From: Sphingomonadaceae bacterium
Lineage (GTDB): Bacteria; Chloroflexota; UBA6077
DNA length: 49,074 bases
Direction: 5' to 3'
NCBI GenBank assembly: GCA_050261575.1
Contig: JBLNDL010000029.1
Coordinates: 1-49,074 of the forward strand
Of this stretch, positions 18,652-30,838 are shown piece after piece (position 1 is the stretch's first letter; every line of letters starts with the position of its first letter). The notes beneath the pieces are model-generated. The model searched no databases and was not told the origin of the DNA. It saw only the letters and a list, made by a program, of their open reading frames with translations. A program made the translations under genes and the position numbers.

Positions 18652-19917
18652 CTACCGGTGCAGGTTCCGGGCGGCCACCACCGGAATCCCGTGGGCGACG
18701 AGCGCCTCGGCCGTGCGGTTGACCGCGTCGTGCTTGTCCAGGTAGTTCCGAAGCAGCAGCGGCATCTGACCCGATGCCTCCACCTCCGCCTTGTCTCGGA
18801 AGTAGTCCAGCACGTCCGACGGGTGCTCCCTGGTCTGCTCCACCTCCGGATCGGCCCCCTCGTGCTTTGCCGAGATGTTGGCCACCCGGGAGGCGACCTC
18901 CACCAACTCCGCCCGCCGGTTGTATGGCTGGCGCACGATGCTCTTCCAGGTCTCCGTGATGTGGTGCTCGAAGCGGACGACATCCTCGAAGCCCAGCTCT
19001 TCACGGATCTGCGCACACAGCTCGATCGTCTCGTTGTTGACGGAGTTGGAGAAGTTGAGGCCGATCAGTGGGGTGGTGCCGTCGGGCCTGGAGAACAGCT
19101 TGGCCCCGATCAGGGTCCACAGGATGGCGAACGGGTTGTCGCTGCCCATGAACACCGAGATCTTGAACTCGTTGTCGATCCCCAGCTTGTGCAGCAGGTA
19201 GGCAACCATCACCGTTCCGGGGTTGGTGTTCAGCACCTGCCGGATGCCGTAGTTGGTGTAGTAGTACAGGTACTCGTCGGCCCATTTGAGCGGGTAGTGG
19301 TTCGGCTGCCCGACCCCCCCGAAGTAGCCGGTGATGGTCTCCGGCCCCCCCAGGTGGATGTTGGAGCCGTCCGTCCCCTTCGTGTCCAGGGTCTCCACGT
19401 AGCTGGCTCCGATGATCTGCATCGCCGCCGCCACCGCCAGTAGGTCTCCCTGATCCGACTCCTGCTCCTTCATCCTGCGGACCCGGATGTAGCGCCCCGG
19501 CATCAGCTCTCCGCGGTCGATCGCTTGCCGAGCCTCGGCTATCAGCCAGGGGAAGTACTGGAGGGCGCTGATCTCCAGGGTCACGGCGAACCGGGGATCG
19601 ACTGCCGCCGGCCCGACGGAATCGCCCAGCAGCTTCCTGCGGTAGTCGGCCATGGACACGAATGCCCCACGATCCCGCTCGGCCGTCAGCCATTGGAGAT
19701 CGTTCAGGTAGGGGGAGTCTATCCGCCGCAGGCGCTCCAGGAGGTTGGGAAGCTTCCGGGCCTCGGTGGCCTTGGCGTTGATCTCCTCCGGCGTCCCGTA
19801 CTTGTCCACCACCTGGAGGAGCGCCTCGACCACCGGGTTCTTGGGATCCAGGAGGAAGCGGTTGATCTCCTCCAGGACCGAGGACTGGATGCTCAGGCGC
19901 GGGGTGAGAGGGTTCAC
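18652..19917 (-). CDS. Hypothetical protein, 421 aa, enzyme-like
   Basis: Long ORF with host-like codon bias and RBS GAGGAGG; no family recognised. Confidence 0.8.
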   Translation of the reverse strand: MNPLTPRLSIQSSVLEEINRFLLDPKNPVVEALLQVVDKYGTPEEINAKATEARKLPNLLERLRRIDSPYLNDLQWLTAERDRGAFVSMADYRRKLLGDSVGPAAVDPRFAVTLEISALQYFPWLIAEARQAIDRGELMPGRYIRVRRMKEQESDQGDLLAVAAAMQIIGASYVETLDTKGTDGSNIHLGGPETITGYFGGVGQPNHYPLKWADEYLYYYTNYGIRQVLNTNPGTVMVAYLLHKLGIDNEFKISVFMGSDNPFAILWTLIGAKLFSRPDGTTPLIGLNFSNSVNNETIELCAQIREELGFEDVVRFEHHITETWKSIVRQPYNRRAELVEVASRVANISAKHEGADPEVEQTREHPSDVLDYFRDKAEVEASGQMPLLLRNYLDKHDAVNRTAEALVAHGIPVVAARNLHR

Positions 19918-20282
19918 AGCAAGCCTCCTCGTTCAGCTTCAGCAACGCGGTGCGCCGAACTGTCCACCGACGTACACGCCAGCCTGTCCGATTCCCGCCG
20001 GTTCACCCTGGAAGAAGCATTTCCCGGTCCCGACCTCCCTCGACTCGCCCGCCCCATGGGGGCAGCCCGTCGGGTCGCGTCAGGAAGGCGAGGCACTCGT
20101 CGGCCGCCGGGGCTCCCAACTCAGGCGCCGGGGGTCTTCGACGTCGCCTCCACGGTACCACGTGGTGCGTCGTTCCTCAAGTCGGCCACTGGCAGGGCAG
20201 CGAGCAAGACCAGACGGGCACCGCGCCCGGCGGGCGCGGCGGGGGGCCGAATCCCGTGTGGTATCCTTATAATAGGGCGTAG

Positions 20283-22520
<2,238 letters not shown>

Positions 22521-22575
22521 CGTCTGCGGATGCATCATCTGTAGGATCCCAAGACTCGATCTTCGGTGGATGGCG

Positions 22576-22601
22576 TGAACGGAGTCTCCCTTCAGAACGT
22601 C
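22576..22601 (+). promoter_or_regulatory. Candidate ECF sigma promoter
   Basis: TGAAC-N17-CGTC about 40 nt upstream of the small ORF at 22640. Confidence 0.45.
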
Positions 22602-22639
22602 GTTGTTCGGATGATCGGCCTAGCGCCGCAGGAGGAAAG

Positions 22640-22786
22640 TTGACTATCGCCTATGCCGTAGTCGCCGCGTCAATCCCGGTCATCGCCTTTTTCGTGCGGG
22701 GTCCCAGGTTTGCCCTCTGGACGCTCTTCGCCTCTGCCCTGCCGTATCTGGTCTTGGTAACCCTCATCACCCGCTCCATGGGCTGA
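22640..22786 (+). CDS. Small membrane protein (48 aa, two hydrophobic segments)
   Basis: AGGAGG RBS + TTG; MTIAYAVVAASIPVIAFFVRGPRFALWTLFASALPYLVLVTLITRSMG; ends 25 nt before the ABC ATPase. Confidence 0.65.
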   Translation: MTIAYAVVAASIPVIAFFVRGPRFALWTLFASALPYLVLVTLITRSMG

Positions 22787-22811
22787 AACGAAGGGCGAGG
22801 AGGAACCACCG

Positions 22812-23735
22812 GTGATCGAGATCGAGAACCTCACCAAGAGGTTCGGGGACAGGGAAGCGGTGAAGGACCTCACCCTCGACGTCCGCGAGGGCGAGGTGCT
22901 GGGGCTGCTGGGCCCCAACGGAGCCGGCAAGACCACCACCGTCCGGATGCTGTCCTGCCTGGTCGCCCCCACATCCGGCCGCGCCACCGTCGGCGGCTTG
23001 CTGGTAGGGCGGGACGACACCCGGATCCGAGAGATCGTGGGTATCCTCACCGAGTCTCCGGGACTCTACGAAAGGTTCAGCGCCCTGCAGAACCTGGAGT
23101 ACTTCGCCCGCCTCTACGGACTCGAGGAGAAGCAGCGCGGCAGCCAGGTGGAGCGATACCTGAGGGCGCTGGGATTGTGGGAGCGGCGCCACGAGCCGGT
23201 GAGCGGCTTCTCCAAGGGGATGAAGCAGAAGATAGCCATCGCCAGGGCGCTGATCCACGAGCCCAGGGTGCTGTTCCTCGACGAGCCCACCGCCGCCCTC
23301 GATCCCGAATCGGCGCGCACGGTCCGCGACTTCGTCGAGGAGTTGAGAAGCGAGGGGCGAACCATCGTCCTCTGCACCCACAACCTGGATGAGGCCGACC
23401 GGCTGTGCGACCGGATAGCCATCTTGAAGCAGTGTCTGATCCGGGTGGATACCCCCTCCCGCCTCCGCAGCAACCTGTACGGCCGCCGGGTGGAGATCCG
23501 GCTGCGGCAGGTCACGGCAGCGGTGCTGGCGGCAGTCCGCGACCTCGGCTTCGCTGGAGAGCTGGAGGTGCAGGATGGAAAGCTGGTGATGGCACTGGAG
23601 AACCCGGAGGAGCAGAATCCGGCCGTCGTACGCGCGATCGTGGAGGCAGGCGGAGAGGTCCAGTTCGTCGCAGAGCTGCACCACTCACTGGAAGAGGTGT
23701 ATCTGGCGCTGGTACGAGGGGAGGTGGGACAGTGA
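22812..23735 (+). CDS. ABC exporter ATP-binding protein
   Basis: GPNGAGKTT, FSKGMKQ, LFLDEPT, CTHNL. Confidence 0.93.
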   Translation: MIEIENLTKRFGDREAVKDLTLDVREGEVLGLLGPNGAGKTTTVRMLSCLVAPTSGRATVGGLLVGRDDTRIREIVGILTESPGLYERFSALQNLEYFARLYGLEEKQRGSQVERYLRALGLWERRHEPVSGFSKGMKQKIAIARALIHEPRVLFLDEPTAALDPESARTVRDFVEELRSEGRTIVLCTHNLDEADRLCDRIAILKQCLIRVDTPSRLRSNLYGRRVEIRLRQVTAAVLAAVRDLGFAGELEVQDGKLVMALENPEEQNPAVVRAIVEAGGEVQFVAELHHSLEEVYLALVRGEVGQ

Positions 23736-24511
23736 GGGTGCTGGCCGTCCTGCAGAAGGAGCTGCTGGAGATCCTGAGGCACAAGATGCTGCTGTTCAGC
23801 CTGATCCCCCTGCCGCTGCTCTTCGTGGCGATACCCCTGGTGATGATACTCCTCACACGCGATCAGCCAGTCGATCCGCGCGAGGCCGAGATCTACACTC
23901 GCCTCTCCCCCGACTTCGCCCACCTCCCGCCCGGGGACGTGATTCAGATGATGCTGGTGGGCCAGTTCCTCTTCATCCTGCTGATGGTGCCGGTCATCGT
24001 GCCCATGACCATCGCCACCTTCAGCGTCATCGGCGAGAAGCAGGCCCGCAGCCTGGAGCCGCTGCTGGCAACGCCGATCCGCACCTGGGAGCTCCTCCTA
24101 GGAAAGGCCCTGGCGGCCACCCTTCCAGCCGTGGTCGCCACCTGGCTCGCCTACGGCATCCTCATCGTGGGAATCGCGATCCTGGCAAGCCCCCTCGTCC
24201 TGGCTAGCGCGGCATCTCCGATGTGGCTGCTGGCCATCCTGATCATCGCACCCCTTCTGGCTCTCCTGGGGGTGAACCTGGGGATCCTGATGTCCTCCCG
24301 CTTCAACGACACCCGCGTGGCCCAGCAGATCGGAGGGCTGGTGGTGCTCCCGCTCGTGGGGCTGGGTATGGTGCAGGTCATGGGGATCGTGCTCTACAAC
24401 CTGCCGATGTTCTTGGCCGGCGCGGTGGCCCTGGCCGCTCTGGATGCGGGGGTGCTGATGGTCGCCGTCAAGCTCTTCCAGCGAGAGACGATCCTCACCA
24501 GATGGAAGTGA
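23732..24511 (+). CDS. ABC-2 type permease
   Basis: GTGA overlap with the ATPase; six hydrophobic segments; GEKQARSLEPLLATPI...LLLGK. Confidence 0.9.
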   Translation: MRVLAVLQKELLEILRHKMLLFSLIPLPLLFVAIPLVMILLTRDQPVDPREAEIYTRLSPDFAHLPPGDVIQMMLVGQFLFILLMVPVIVPMTIATFSVIGEKQARSLEPLLATPIRTWELLLGKALAATLPAVVATWLAYGILIVGIAILASPLVLASAASPMWLLAILIIAPLLALLGVNLGILMSSRFNDTRVAQQIGGLVVLPLVGLGMVQVMGIVLYNLPMFLAGAVALAALDAGVLMVAVKLFQRETILTRWK

Positions 24512-24538
24512 GGAGGGGAGGTTCGGAAACACGATCTC

Positions 24539-25411
24539 ATGACTACCCTTGCGTTGATCCTCGTCGTCGCTTCGGCCCTGATGCACTCCATCTGGAACCT
24601 GCTCTACAAGCGGGCGAAGGATAAGCCCGCCTTCGCCTGGCTGTTCGGCTTGGCCGCCGTGGTGATCTACCTACCAGCCTTCCTGCTGCTGGTAGGGCGC
24701 CAGCCCATACCTCCGGAGGGCTGGTACCTGGTGGCAGCCTCCGGAGTGATCCACACCCTCTACTTCGCCTTCCTCGGCCGCGGCTACTCCGTGGGAGACC
24801 TGTCGCTGGTGTACCCCCTGGCCCGTGGGACCGGCCCCCTCCTGGTGCCGATCTGGGCCTTCACATTCCTGGGCGAGCGGCTGTCGACCTCGGGCATGGC
24901 CGGAATCCTGGCAGTGGTGAGCGGCATCTACATGCTCCACCTACGCCAGCTCTCCTGGAGCGGCCTCCTGCAGCCGCTGCGATCCATCCGCACCCGGCCC
25001 ACGCAGATAGCCCTCCTCTCCGGACTGCTCATCTCCCTCTACACAGTGGTCGACAAGATGGGAGCGAGCTACCTGCAGCCCCTGGTCTACATGTACCTCT
25101 GGACGGTCGTCTTCAGCCTGCTGTACGGCCCGTACGTCCTGCGCACCAGCGGGTGGGCTACCGTCACTGCCGAGTGGCAGGTCAACGCCCGCTCGATCGT
25201 GGCCGTGGCCTTCCTGATGGTGCTCACCTACACCCTCGTGCTGTTCGCCATGACCATGAGCAACGTCAGCTACGTGGCGGCGACCAGAGAGCTGAGCGTG
25301 GTGTTCGGGGCAGCGATGGGAACCCTGCTGCTGCGGGAGTCCTACGGGAAGGCGAAGCTGGGGGGATCCATCCTGATCGCCATCGGGGTGGCGATGATAG
25401 GTCTGGCGTAG
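24539..25411 (+). CDS. DMT/EamA family transporter
   Basis: About 10 TM segments; GDLSLVYPLARG, SYVAATRELSVVF. Confidence 0.9.
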   Translation: MTTLALILVVASALMHSIWNLLYKRAKDKPAFAWLFGLAAVVIYLPAFLLLVGRQPIPPEGWYLVAASGVIHTLYFAFLGRGYSVGDLSLVYPLARGTGPLLVPIWAFTFLGERLSTSGMAGILAVVSGIYMLHLRQLSWSGLLQPLRSIRTRPTQIALLSGLLISLYTVVDKMGASYLQPLVYMYLWTVVFSLLYGPYVLRTSGWATVTAEWQVNARSIVAVAFLMVLTYTLVLFAMTMSNVSYVAATRELSVVFGAAMGTLLLRESYGKAKLGGSILIAIGVAMIGLA

Positions 25412-25416
25412 GGCTA

Positions 25417-25440
25417 GGGGCGACCGCCTGGTCGCCCCAC
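25417..25440. repeat. REP-like palindrome
   Basis: GGGGCGACC-GCCT-GGTCGCCCC-AC; near-copy at 48981-49004. Confidence 0.6.
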
Positions 25441-25703
25441 GGTGAAACACTCAGACTGCACCGAAGTTGCGCGTGATGCACGTTGCGGCGCGGCGCCTGC
25501 AGCGCCCGCGGGCGGCTGTTGGGCGGACCTGCGTGACCGCCCAGCCCGGGTGTGGGTGGCGAGGGCGCACACACGCCGTGACGCGAGCGTGCACGTGAGG
25601 CTGTGCTCTCTCGCCTCACGGGCACGGTCCCTACCGATGGTCCGCCGATGCCGATGTGCACCACCGAGGGTTGGATGCGGGTGGCATTCGCCCCCACACC
25701 GTC

Positions 25704-27206
25704 TCATGCCGCGGCGGCGGCCTTCTTGCGGCTGCTCCACAGCGCCTGGAAGATCGGCACACACAAGGCGAGCAGACCGATCAGCAACAGCACCCCCGAG
25801 ATCGGTCGGGTGACGAATATGGAGGGATCGTTCTGGGACATCGCCAGCGACTGGCGCAACGACCGCTCCACCATATCCCCCAGCACCAGCGCAAGCACCA
25901 AGGGCGCCACCGGGTACTGGAACTTCTTGAAGAAGTAGCCAAGCACACCGAAGAGGAACATCACCCACAGGTCGAACATGCTGTTGTTGATGCTGAAGAC
26001 GCCGATCATGGAAACGACCATGATAATCGGCAGCAGCACCGGATATGGCAGCTTCAGGATGCTGGTGAAGACGGGCACCAGCGGCATGTTCATCACCAGC
26101 AGCGCCACGTTCCCGATGTACATGCTGGCGATGAGGGCCCAGACGAACTCCGGGTTCTGCTGGAAGAGCAGGGGGCCCGGGCGAAGGCCGTGCATCATCA
26201 GGGCACCCAGCATGACGGCGGTGGACCCCGAGCCCGGCACACCGAGGGTCAGCAGATGTATGATAGCCCCCGCGGTGGCGGCGTTGTTGGCCGCCTCCGG
26301 CGCCGCTACCCCCTCCAGGATGCCGGTGCCGAACTTCTCCGGGTGCTTGGATACCTTCTTCTCCAGGGAGTAGGCCATGAAGGAGGAGATGGTGGCTCCC
26401 GCCCCGGGCAACGCCCCGATCAGGAAGCCGGTGATCCCGCCCCGAGCCCAGGAGCCCATGCAGCGCTTCCACTCGCTCTTGGAGGGGAACATGCTGAGCA
26501 GGCTGAACTTCTTGAACTCCAGAGAGATCTTCTCCTCCGCAGTGATGAGCAGCTCGCCGATGGCGAACAGCCCCACGGCGACCGGGATGAACTCCACGCC
26601 ATTCAAGAAGGCGACGTTGTTGAAGGTGAAGCGCGCCGCCCCTCCCACGGGATCGGTGCCGATCTGGGAGAGCAACAGGCCGAAGGTGGCCATCATCAGG
26701 CTCTTTATCGGGGAGCCGCCGCCCAGTCCCGCCAGCGAGACCAGACCCACCGACATCAGGGCGAAGTACTCGGGCGGGCCGAACTGGAGGGCGAACTCCG
26801 CCAGGGGCGGGCCGATCAGCATGAGAGCCACCACCCCCAGGGTGCCCCAAATGAAGGAGCCGATCTGGGCAACCCCCAGCGCCTTCCCCGCCTGCCCCTT
26901 CTTGGCGAGCTCGTAGCCGTCGAGGCAGGTCATCACGGTGGCGGACTCGCCGGGCAGATTCACCAGAACCGAGGTGATGGTGCCACCATACATGCACCCG
27001 TAATACACACCGGCCATTAGGATGAGGGCGGTAGTGGCATCGTAGTTGAAGCTGATGGGCACCAGCACCGCGATCCCAGCGCTGGAGCCGATCCCAGGCA
27101 TGGCTCCGATAATGGTCCCCAGGAAGGCGCCCAGCAGGGCCGCCAGGGCGTTCTCAGGCGTCAGGGCTACCGAGAAGCCCATCATCAGGTTAGCTAAGTT
27201 GTCCAA
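25704..27206 (-). CDS. tctA: Tripartite tricarboxylate transporter large permease
   Basis: GAMPGIG, YGGTITSVLVNLPGE, GVAAPEAANNA, LTLGVPGS. Confidence 0.95.
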   Translation of the reverse strand: MDNLANLMMGFSVALTPENALAALLGAFLGTIIGAMPGIGSSAGIAVLVPISFNYDATTALILMAGVYYGCMYGGTITSVLVNLPGESATVMTCLDGYELAKKGQAGKALGVAQIGSFIWGTLGVVALMLIGPPLAEFALQFGPPEYFALMSVGLVSLAGLGGGSPIKSLMMATFGLLLSQIGTDPVGGAARFTFNNVAFLNGVEFIPVAVGLFAIGELLITAEEKISLEFKKFSLLSMFPSKSEWKRCMGSWARGGITGFLIGALPGAGATISSFMAYSLEKKVSKHPEKFGTGILEGVAAPEAANNAATAGAIIHLLTLGVPGSGSTAVMLGALMMHGLRPGPLLFQQNPEFVWALIASMYIGNVALLVMNMPLVPVFTSILKLPYPVLLPIIMVVSMIGVFSINNSMFDLWVMFLFGVLGYFFKKFQYPVAPLVLALVLGDMVERSLRQSLAMSQNDPSIFVTRPISGVLLLIGLLALCVPIFQALWSSRKKAAAAA

Positions 27207-27320
27207 GATCCCTCACCCCCTTAAGGAGTGGTGTTCGAGGGGACACAGGACCTGGGCCACCCCAGATCCTGCCAGATCGCTTCGCCGCGGCTTCGAGTCG
27301 GGCTTCCGGACGGCCCCCGA

Positions 27321-27776
27321 TCAGGAGCCGAACAGCCCTTCCGGCGCCGGCACGCCCAGCATTATCACGAAGCTCCAGTAGAACACGTAGGTTATAGCCA
27401 CCGCCACCGCCACGTTCACGTACCAACGGAACCTTCCCATGGCGAACAGCATGAACAGGGAGTAGGCGAGGGTGGTGACCAGGTAGCCGAGGATGTCTGT
27501 CAGGTATATGTAAACCAAGAGTGCGACGATGATGGTGACGATCCGGTTGATCGCCTCTCGACTCGGCATCAGCCGCTCGCCCGCCTCACTCGCCTTCCTC
27601 AAGGAGCTGACGAACAGGATGGCCGAGAGGATCATCAGCAGAATGCCGAGGACGTTGGGCATGAACTCCGGCCCGGGGCCGAAGACGGTGAAGTGGGGCA
27701 GCATCGAAGCCTGCCACAGCACCCAGATGCCCATCAGAAAGAACAAGCTCGATATCACCAGGTCGGCGCGCTTCAC
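27321..27776 (-). CDS. tctB: Tripartite tricarboxylate transporter small permease
   Basis: Four TM segments, GPGPEFMP, C-terminal LGVPAPEG; lies between tctC and tctA. Confidence 0.9.
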   Translation of the reverse strand: MKRADLVISSLFFLMGIWVLWQASMLPHFTVFGPGPEFMPNVLGILLMILSAILFVSSLRKASEAGERLMPSREAINRIVTIIVALLVYIYLTDILGYLVTTLAYSLFMLFAMGRFRWYVNVAVAVAITYVFYWSFVIMLGVPAPEGLFGS

Positions 27777-27789
27777 ATTGCACCCCCAT

Positions 27790-27827
27790 CGGGTTGCCCG
27801 GAGGGCGACCGCCCTCCGAGCAACCCG
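27790..27827. terminator. Intra-operon stem-loop after tctC
   Basis: CGGGTTGCCCGGAGGGCG-AC-CGCCCTCCGAGCAACCCG. Confidence 0.55.
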
Positions 27828-27843
27828 GAGTCGCCTGCTTCGC

Positions 27844-28947
27844 CTACTTCTTCTCCACTAGGCCCAGGTCCTTCACGAGGGCAACGATCTGGTCGTTGAA
27901 CCCCTTGACGAAGGCGTCCAGCTCGGCGCCAGCCAGGAAGGCCTCTTGCTGATCGTTCTTGTCGACGTACTCCTTCCAGCCCTTGGCTTCGACCATCTTC
28001 TTCAGAAGGTCCGCCATGTACTCGCGGGAGCCGGCAGGCAGCCCGGCCGGAGCCGCGATCATGCGGGTCTGGTCGTAGGTCATGTTGATGCCCTGCTCCT
28101 TCAGGGTGGGGATGTTGGGGTACTTGACCAGCTTCTTCTCGCTACCAACGGCCAGCAGCCGAACCTTCTTGGCCTCGACCTGGGGGAGCACCTCGGCCAG
28201 GTTGGCGCTCGCAACGTCCACGTGGCCACCAAGCAGGTTGGTCAGGACGTCGCCACCACTGGCCAGCGAGATGAAGTTGTACTCGGTGCCGGTCGCCTTT
28301 TGGAACAAGTACATGAAGATGTGGTCGTCGGAGCCGACGTTCGTGCCGCCCCACTTCAGACCCTTAGGCTTCGCCTTGGCGGCGTCGACCACGTCCTTCA
28401 CCGTCTTGAAGGGCGAGTCGTCTTTCACCACGATGGTGAAGTTGTCCACGGAAAGGCGGGCCAGCATGGTGAAGTCCTTGATGGGATCCAGGGGCGCCTG
28501 GCCGCGGGCCGGCGTGGTGAAGAAGGAGGTCGTGGCAGTCACCCAACTGTAGGGGTTGCCCTTCTTGCCAGCGACGTAGGCGAAGGCGACGGCGCCGCTG
28601 CCACCGGGCTTGTTCTCCACGGCGATGTTCTTCGGGTAGAGCTTCTCCTCCTTGATCACCTTCTCCATGGTGCGGGCTTGGATGTCGGACCCACCACCGG
28701 CGGCCGAGTGAACGATGAACTCGATATCACGCTCGGGGGTCCAGGAGGGCTTGGCGGCAGCAGCGGGAGTTGCAGCCGCGGGGGCGGACGTCGGCGCGGC
28801 CGCGGCCGGCGCTGTCGTGGGCGCCGCTGCTGGCTTGGAGGGAGCCGCGGTTGGAGCCGGTGCCGACGAGGAACACGCTGTAGCCAGGGATACCAATGCG
28901 ATCGCCAGAGCCAGGATAGACAGTGCGAAGAATGGTTTCCGCATCAC
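27844..28947 (-). CDS. tctC: Tripartite tricarboxylate transporter substrate-binding lipoprotein
   Basis: ATAC lipobox, long Pro/Ala/Thr linker, HSAAGGGSD, VENKPGGSG, LLGGHVD. Confidence 0.92.
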   Translation of the reverse strand: MMRKPFFALSILALAIALVSLATACSSSAPAPTAAPSKPAAAPTTAPAAAAPTSAPAAATPAAAAKPSWTPERDIEFIVHSAAGGGSDIQARTMEKVIKEEKLYPKNIAVENKPGGSGAVAFAYVAGKKGNPYSWVTATTSFFTTPARGQAPLDPIKDFTMLARLSVDNFTIVVKDDSPFKTVKDVVDAAKAKPKGLKWGGTNVGSDDHIFMYLFQKATGTEYNFISLASGGDVLTNLLGGHVDVASANLAEVLPQVEAKKVRLLAVGSEKKLVKYPNIPTLKEQGINMTYDQTRMIAAPAGLPAGSREYMADLLKKMVEAKGWKEYVDKNDQQEAFLAGAELDAFVKGFNDQIVALVKDLGLVEKK

Positions 28948-29212
28948 GGGTCACTCCTTCTGTCACAGCTATTCAGCGTACTGGGTCGATGGTAGACTCC
29001 CGCCGGGGCCCATCCATTGGGAACCCCAGCATCATTGCTGGATCGGCGGCCAGATCTCCTGGCGGCGCCAGCAGGATGTGCCATGGCAACAGGCACAAGG
29101 CACGAGGAATCAGGTGGCCTCGATCCAGCTCAGGGGAGATCTTCTGCCCCCGTCGCCTTCGCCTTGTGCCTCGCGCCCACAGGCGCATCACCCCCTTTCC
29201 CCACAGTCTCGC

Positions 29213-29863
29213 CTACGCCGAGGCCGCCTGCCGCAGCAGCTCGGCGGCCCGAGCGGTGTTGAAGCAGCCGCAGGCGCAGGGCCTGGCTATCTCTATCGCG
29301 GCCTCCTCCGGCGTCGTCCGCCCAGCCTTGATCTCCTCGATCGCCCTGTTCACCAGGTTCGCCGACGTCATCGCGTGGCCGCACATGCTGGTGATCTCCA
29401 GCAGCTCCGTCTTCGGCAGCAGGTTCTTCTTCCCCCACACCCCAAGCGAGTAGCTGATCGTGTGGGGCTGCAAACCCACCTCCTCGCACACCCCAAACAC
29501 CTCGTCGATCAGCCCGCTCACGGTGATCGATATCCCGAAGTCCTTCTCCTTCAGATCCGCCAGAACCCCCTTCAGCTTCTCCTTGTCGTCGTACACACAC
29601 AGGACGAAGCCGTTCGGCTTGAGCCCATCGCGGATCGCCTCCATGCCCTTGCCGTGCGCGTAGGTCCCATCTTTCACGTACAGGCTGCCCAGATTCGCAG
29701 GATCCTGCGCCGCCATCGTCTCGCAGATCCCCTGCAGCCGCTTCACCGCCGACGCCTTCCGCTCCTCCGTCGCCAGGTCGAACTGCCGCGCCACCAACGC
29801 CAACACGCAGTAGTCCTTCCCCAGCGACTCCACCGACCCCTGCCTGTGCAACGTGTGCGTCAT
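29213..29863 (-). CDS. Hypothetical protein with Cys/His motifs (putative metal or Fe-S binding)
   Basis: MTHTLHR, PHTISYSLG, SMCGH, CACGCFN; starts 9 nt after the Fe-S protein stop, with its own RBS. Confidence 0.8.
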   Translation of the reverse strand: MTHTLHRQGSVESLGKDYCVLALVARQFDLATEERKASAVKRLQGICETMAAQDPANLGSLYVKDGTYAHGKGMEAIRDGLKPNGFVLCVYDDKEKLKGVLADLKEKDFGISITVSGLIDEVFGVCEEVGLQPHTISYSLGVWGKKNLLPKTELLEITSMCGHAMTSANLVNRAIEEIKAGRTTPEEAAIEIARPCACGCFNTARAAELLRQAASA

Positions 29864-29872
29864 CTCCCCCTC

Positions 29873-30589
29873 CTACCAGGCCCGGCCGAGGCCGACGTTG
29901 ATCTTGGCATTCGGACGAGGCTGCATCCCCAGCCCCTGCAGCACAGGCAGCACCGGCACCGTCTTGTCCTCGTTCACCCGGCACATCACCGCCACGGTGA
30001 ACACGGTGTCCACCTCCTGCTCCACTTCCTTCAGGGCCTTCATCACCTGAGCGGTCTTATCCAGATCCGCGATGAACTCCACCACCAGGGAGAGCACCCT
30101 CTCCCCCTTCACCTCGTCCTTGATCTCTCCCGTCTTCGGGTCCTTCAACAGCGGATAGATCGGGTTCAACTGCTCGAACTCCACCCCGATCGAGGCCGCC
30201 TTCATCGTGACCTTCTCGACGTCCACGAAGCTGGTGGAGACGCCAGGCCGGCCCAACTCGATCCCGAAGCCCACCTGGCCAGGCTTCACCCTGTTGGTCC
30301 GGTCGTTCGTCTTGCACTCCTCGGTACCTCGGCCAGCACCCATGGTGATGGGCGAGACGGCGGAGGGATCGGAAAAGTAGCGGCGCAGCCCGCGCGGGTA
30401 GCCCAACTCCTCGGCGGAAAGCTGGATCATGGAATCGGTGGGGCAGCTAAAGACCCTGGTGCAGACGCCGCACTCGACGCACAACTCCTGGTCGGCAACA
30501 GCCACCCCGTCCTTCAGCGCTATGGCTCCCACTGGGCAGTAGGGGAGACACTCCCCGCAGCCGATACAGGTGTCCTGATCAACCCGCAT
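29873..30589 (-). CDS. 2x[4Fe-4S] ferredoxin-domain protein with uncharacterised C-terminal domain
   Basis: CIGCGECLPYCP and CVECGVCTRVFSCP; C-terminal GRGTEECKTND and ELGRPG; ATG 30589 after GGAGG. Confidence 0.87.
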   Translation of the reverse strand: MRVDQDTCIGCGECLPYCPVGAIALKDGVAVADQELCVECGVCTRVFSCPTDSMIQLSAEELGYPRGLRRYFSDPSAVSPITMGAGRGTEECKTNDRTNRVKPGQVGFGIELGRPGVSTSFVDVEKVTMKAASIGVEFEQLNPIYPLLKDPKTGEIKDEVKGERVLSLVVEFIADLDKTAQVMKALKEVEQEVDTVFTVAVMCRVNEDKTVPVLPVLQGLGMQPRPNAKINVGLGRAW

Positions 30590-30774
30590 CAGTAACCCTC
30601 CAATACTGCGGCGCTGTTGCCGTTGAGGCAAGAGTGCCGTTCTGGGTCTGATTCCGGAAGAGGTATTCGAGCTGTCAGTGGGCGCCGGTGCCGGCGACGG
30701 CGAGACCAGGGTGGTGTCGGAACCTGCGAAGGGAGGCGCCCCCGCGGGGCGCGCCGGGCGGTAATGAGGATAGC

Positions 30775-30838
30775 GTCCCGCCCTGCGGGACATCTTCCCG
30801 CATGCGAACCATTATACTCGTGGATCATCCCAAGTCAA
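30775..30838 (-). promoter_or_regulatory. Promoter + operator, proximal copy
   Basis: TTGACT-16-TATAAT (30838-30811) followed by TGCGGGAAgaTGTCCCGcaggGCGGGA. Confidence 0.7.
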
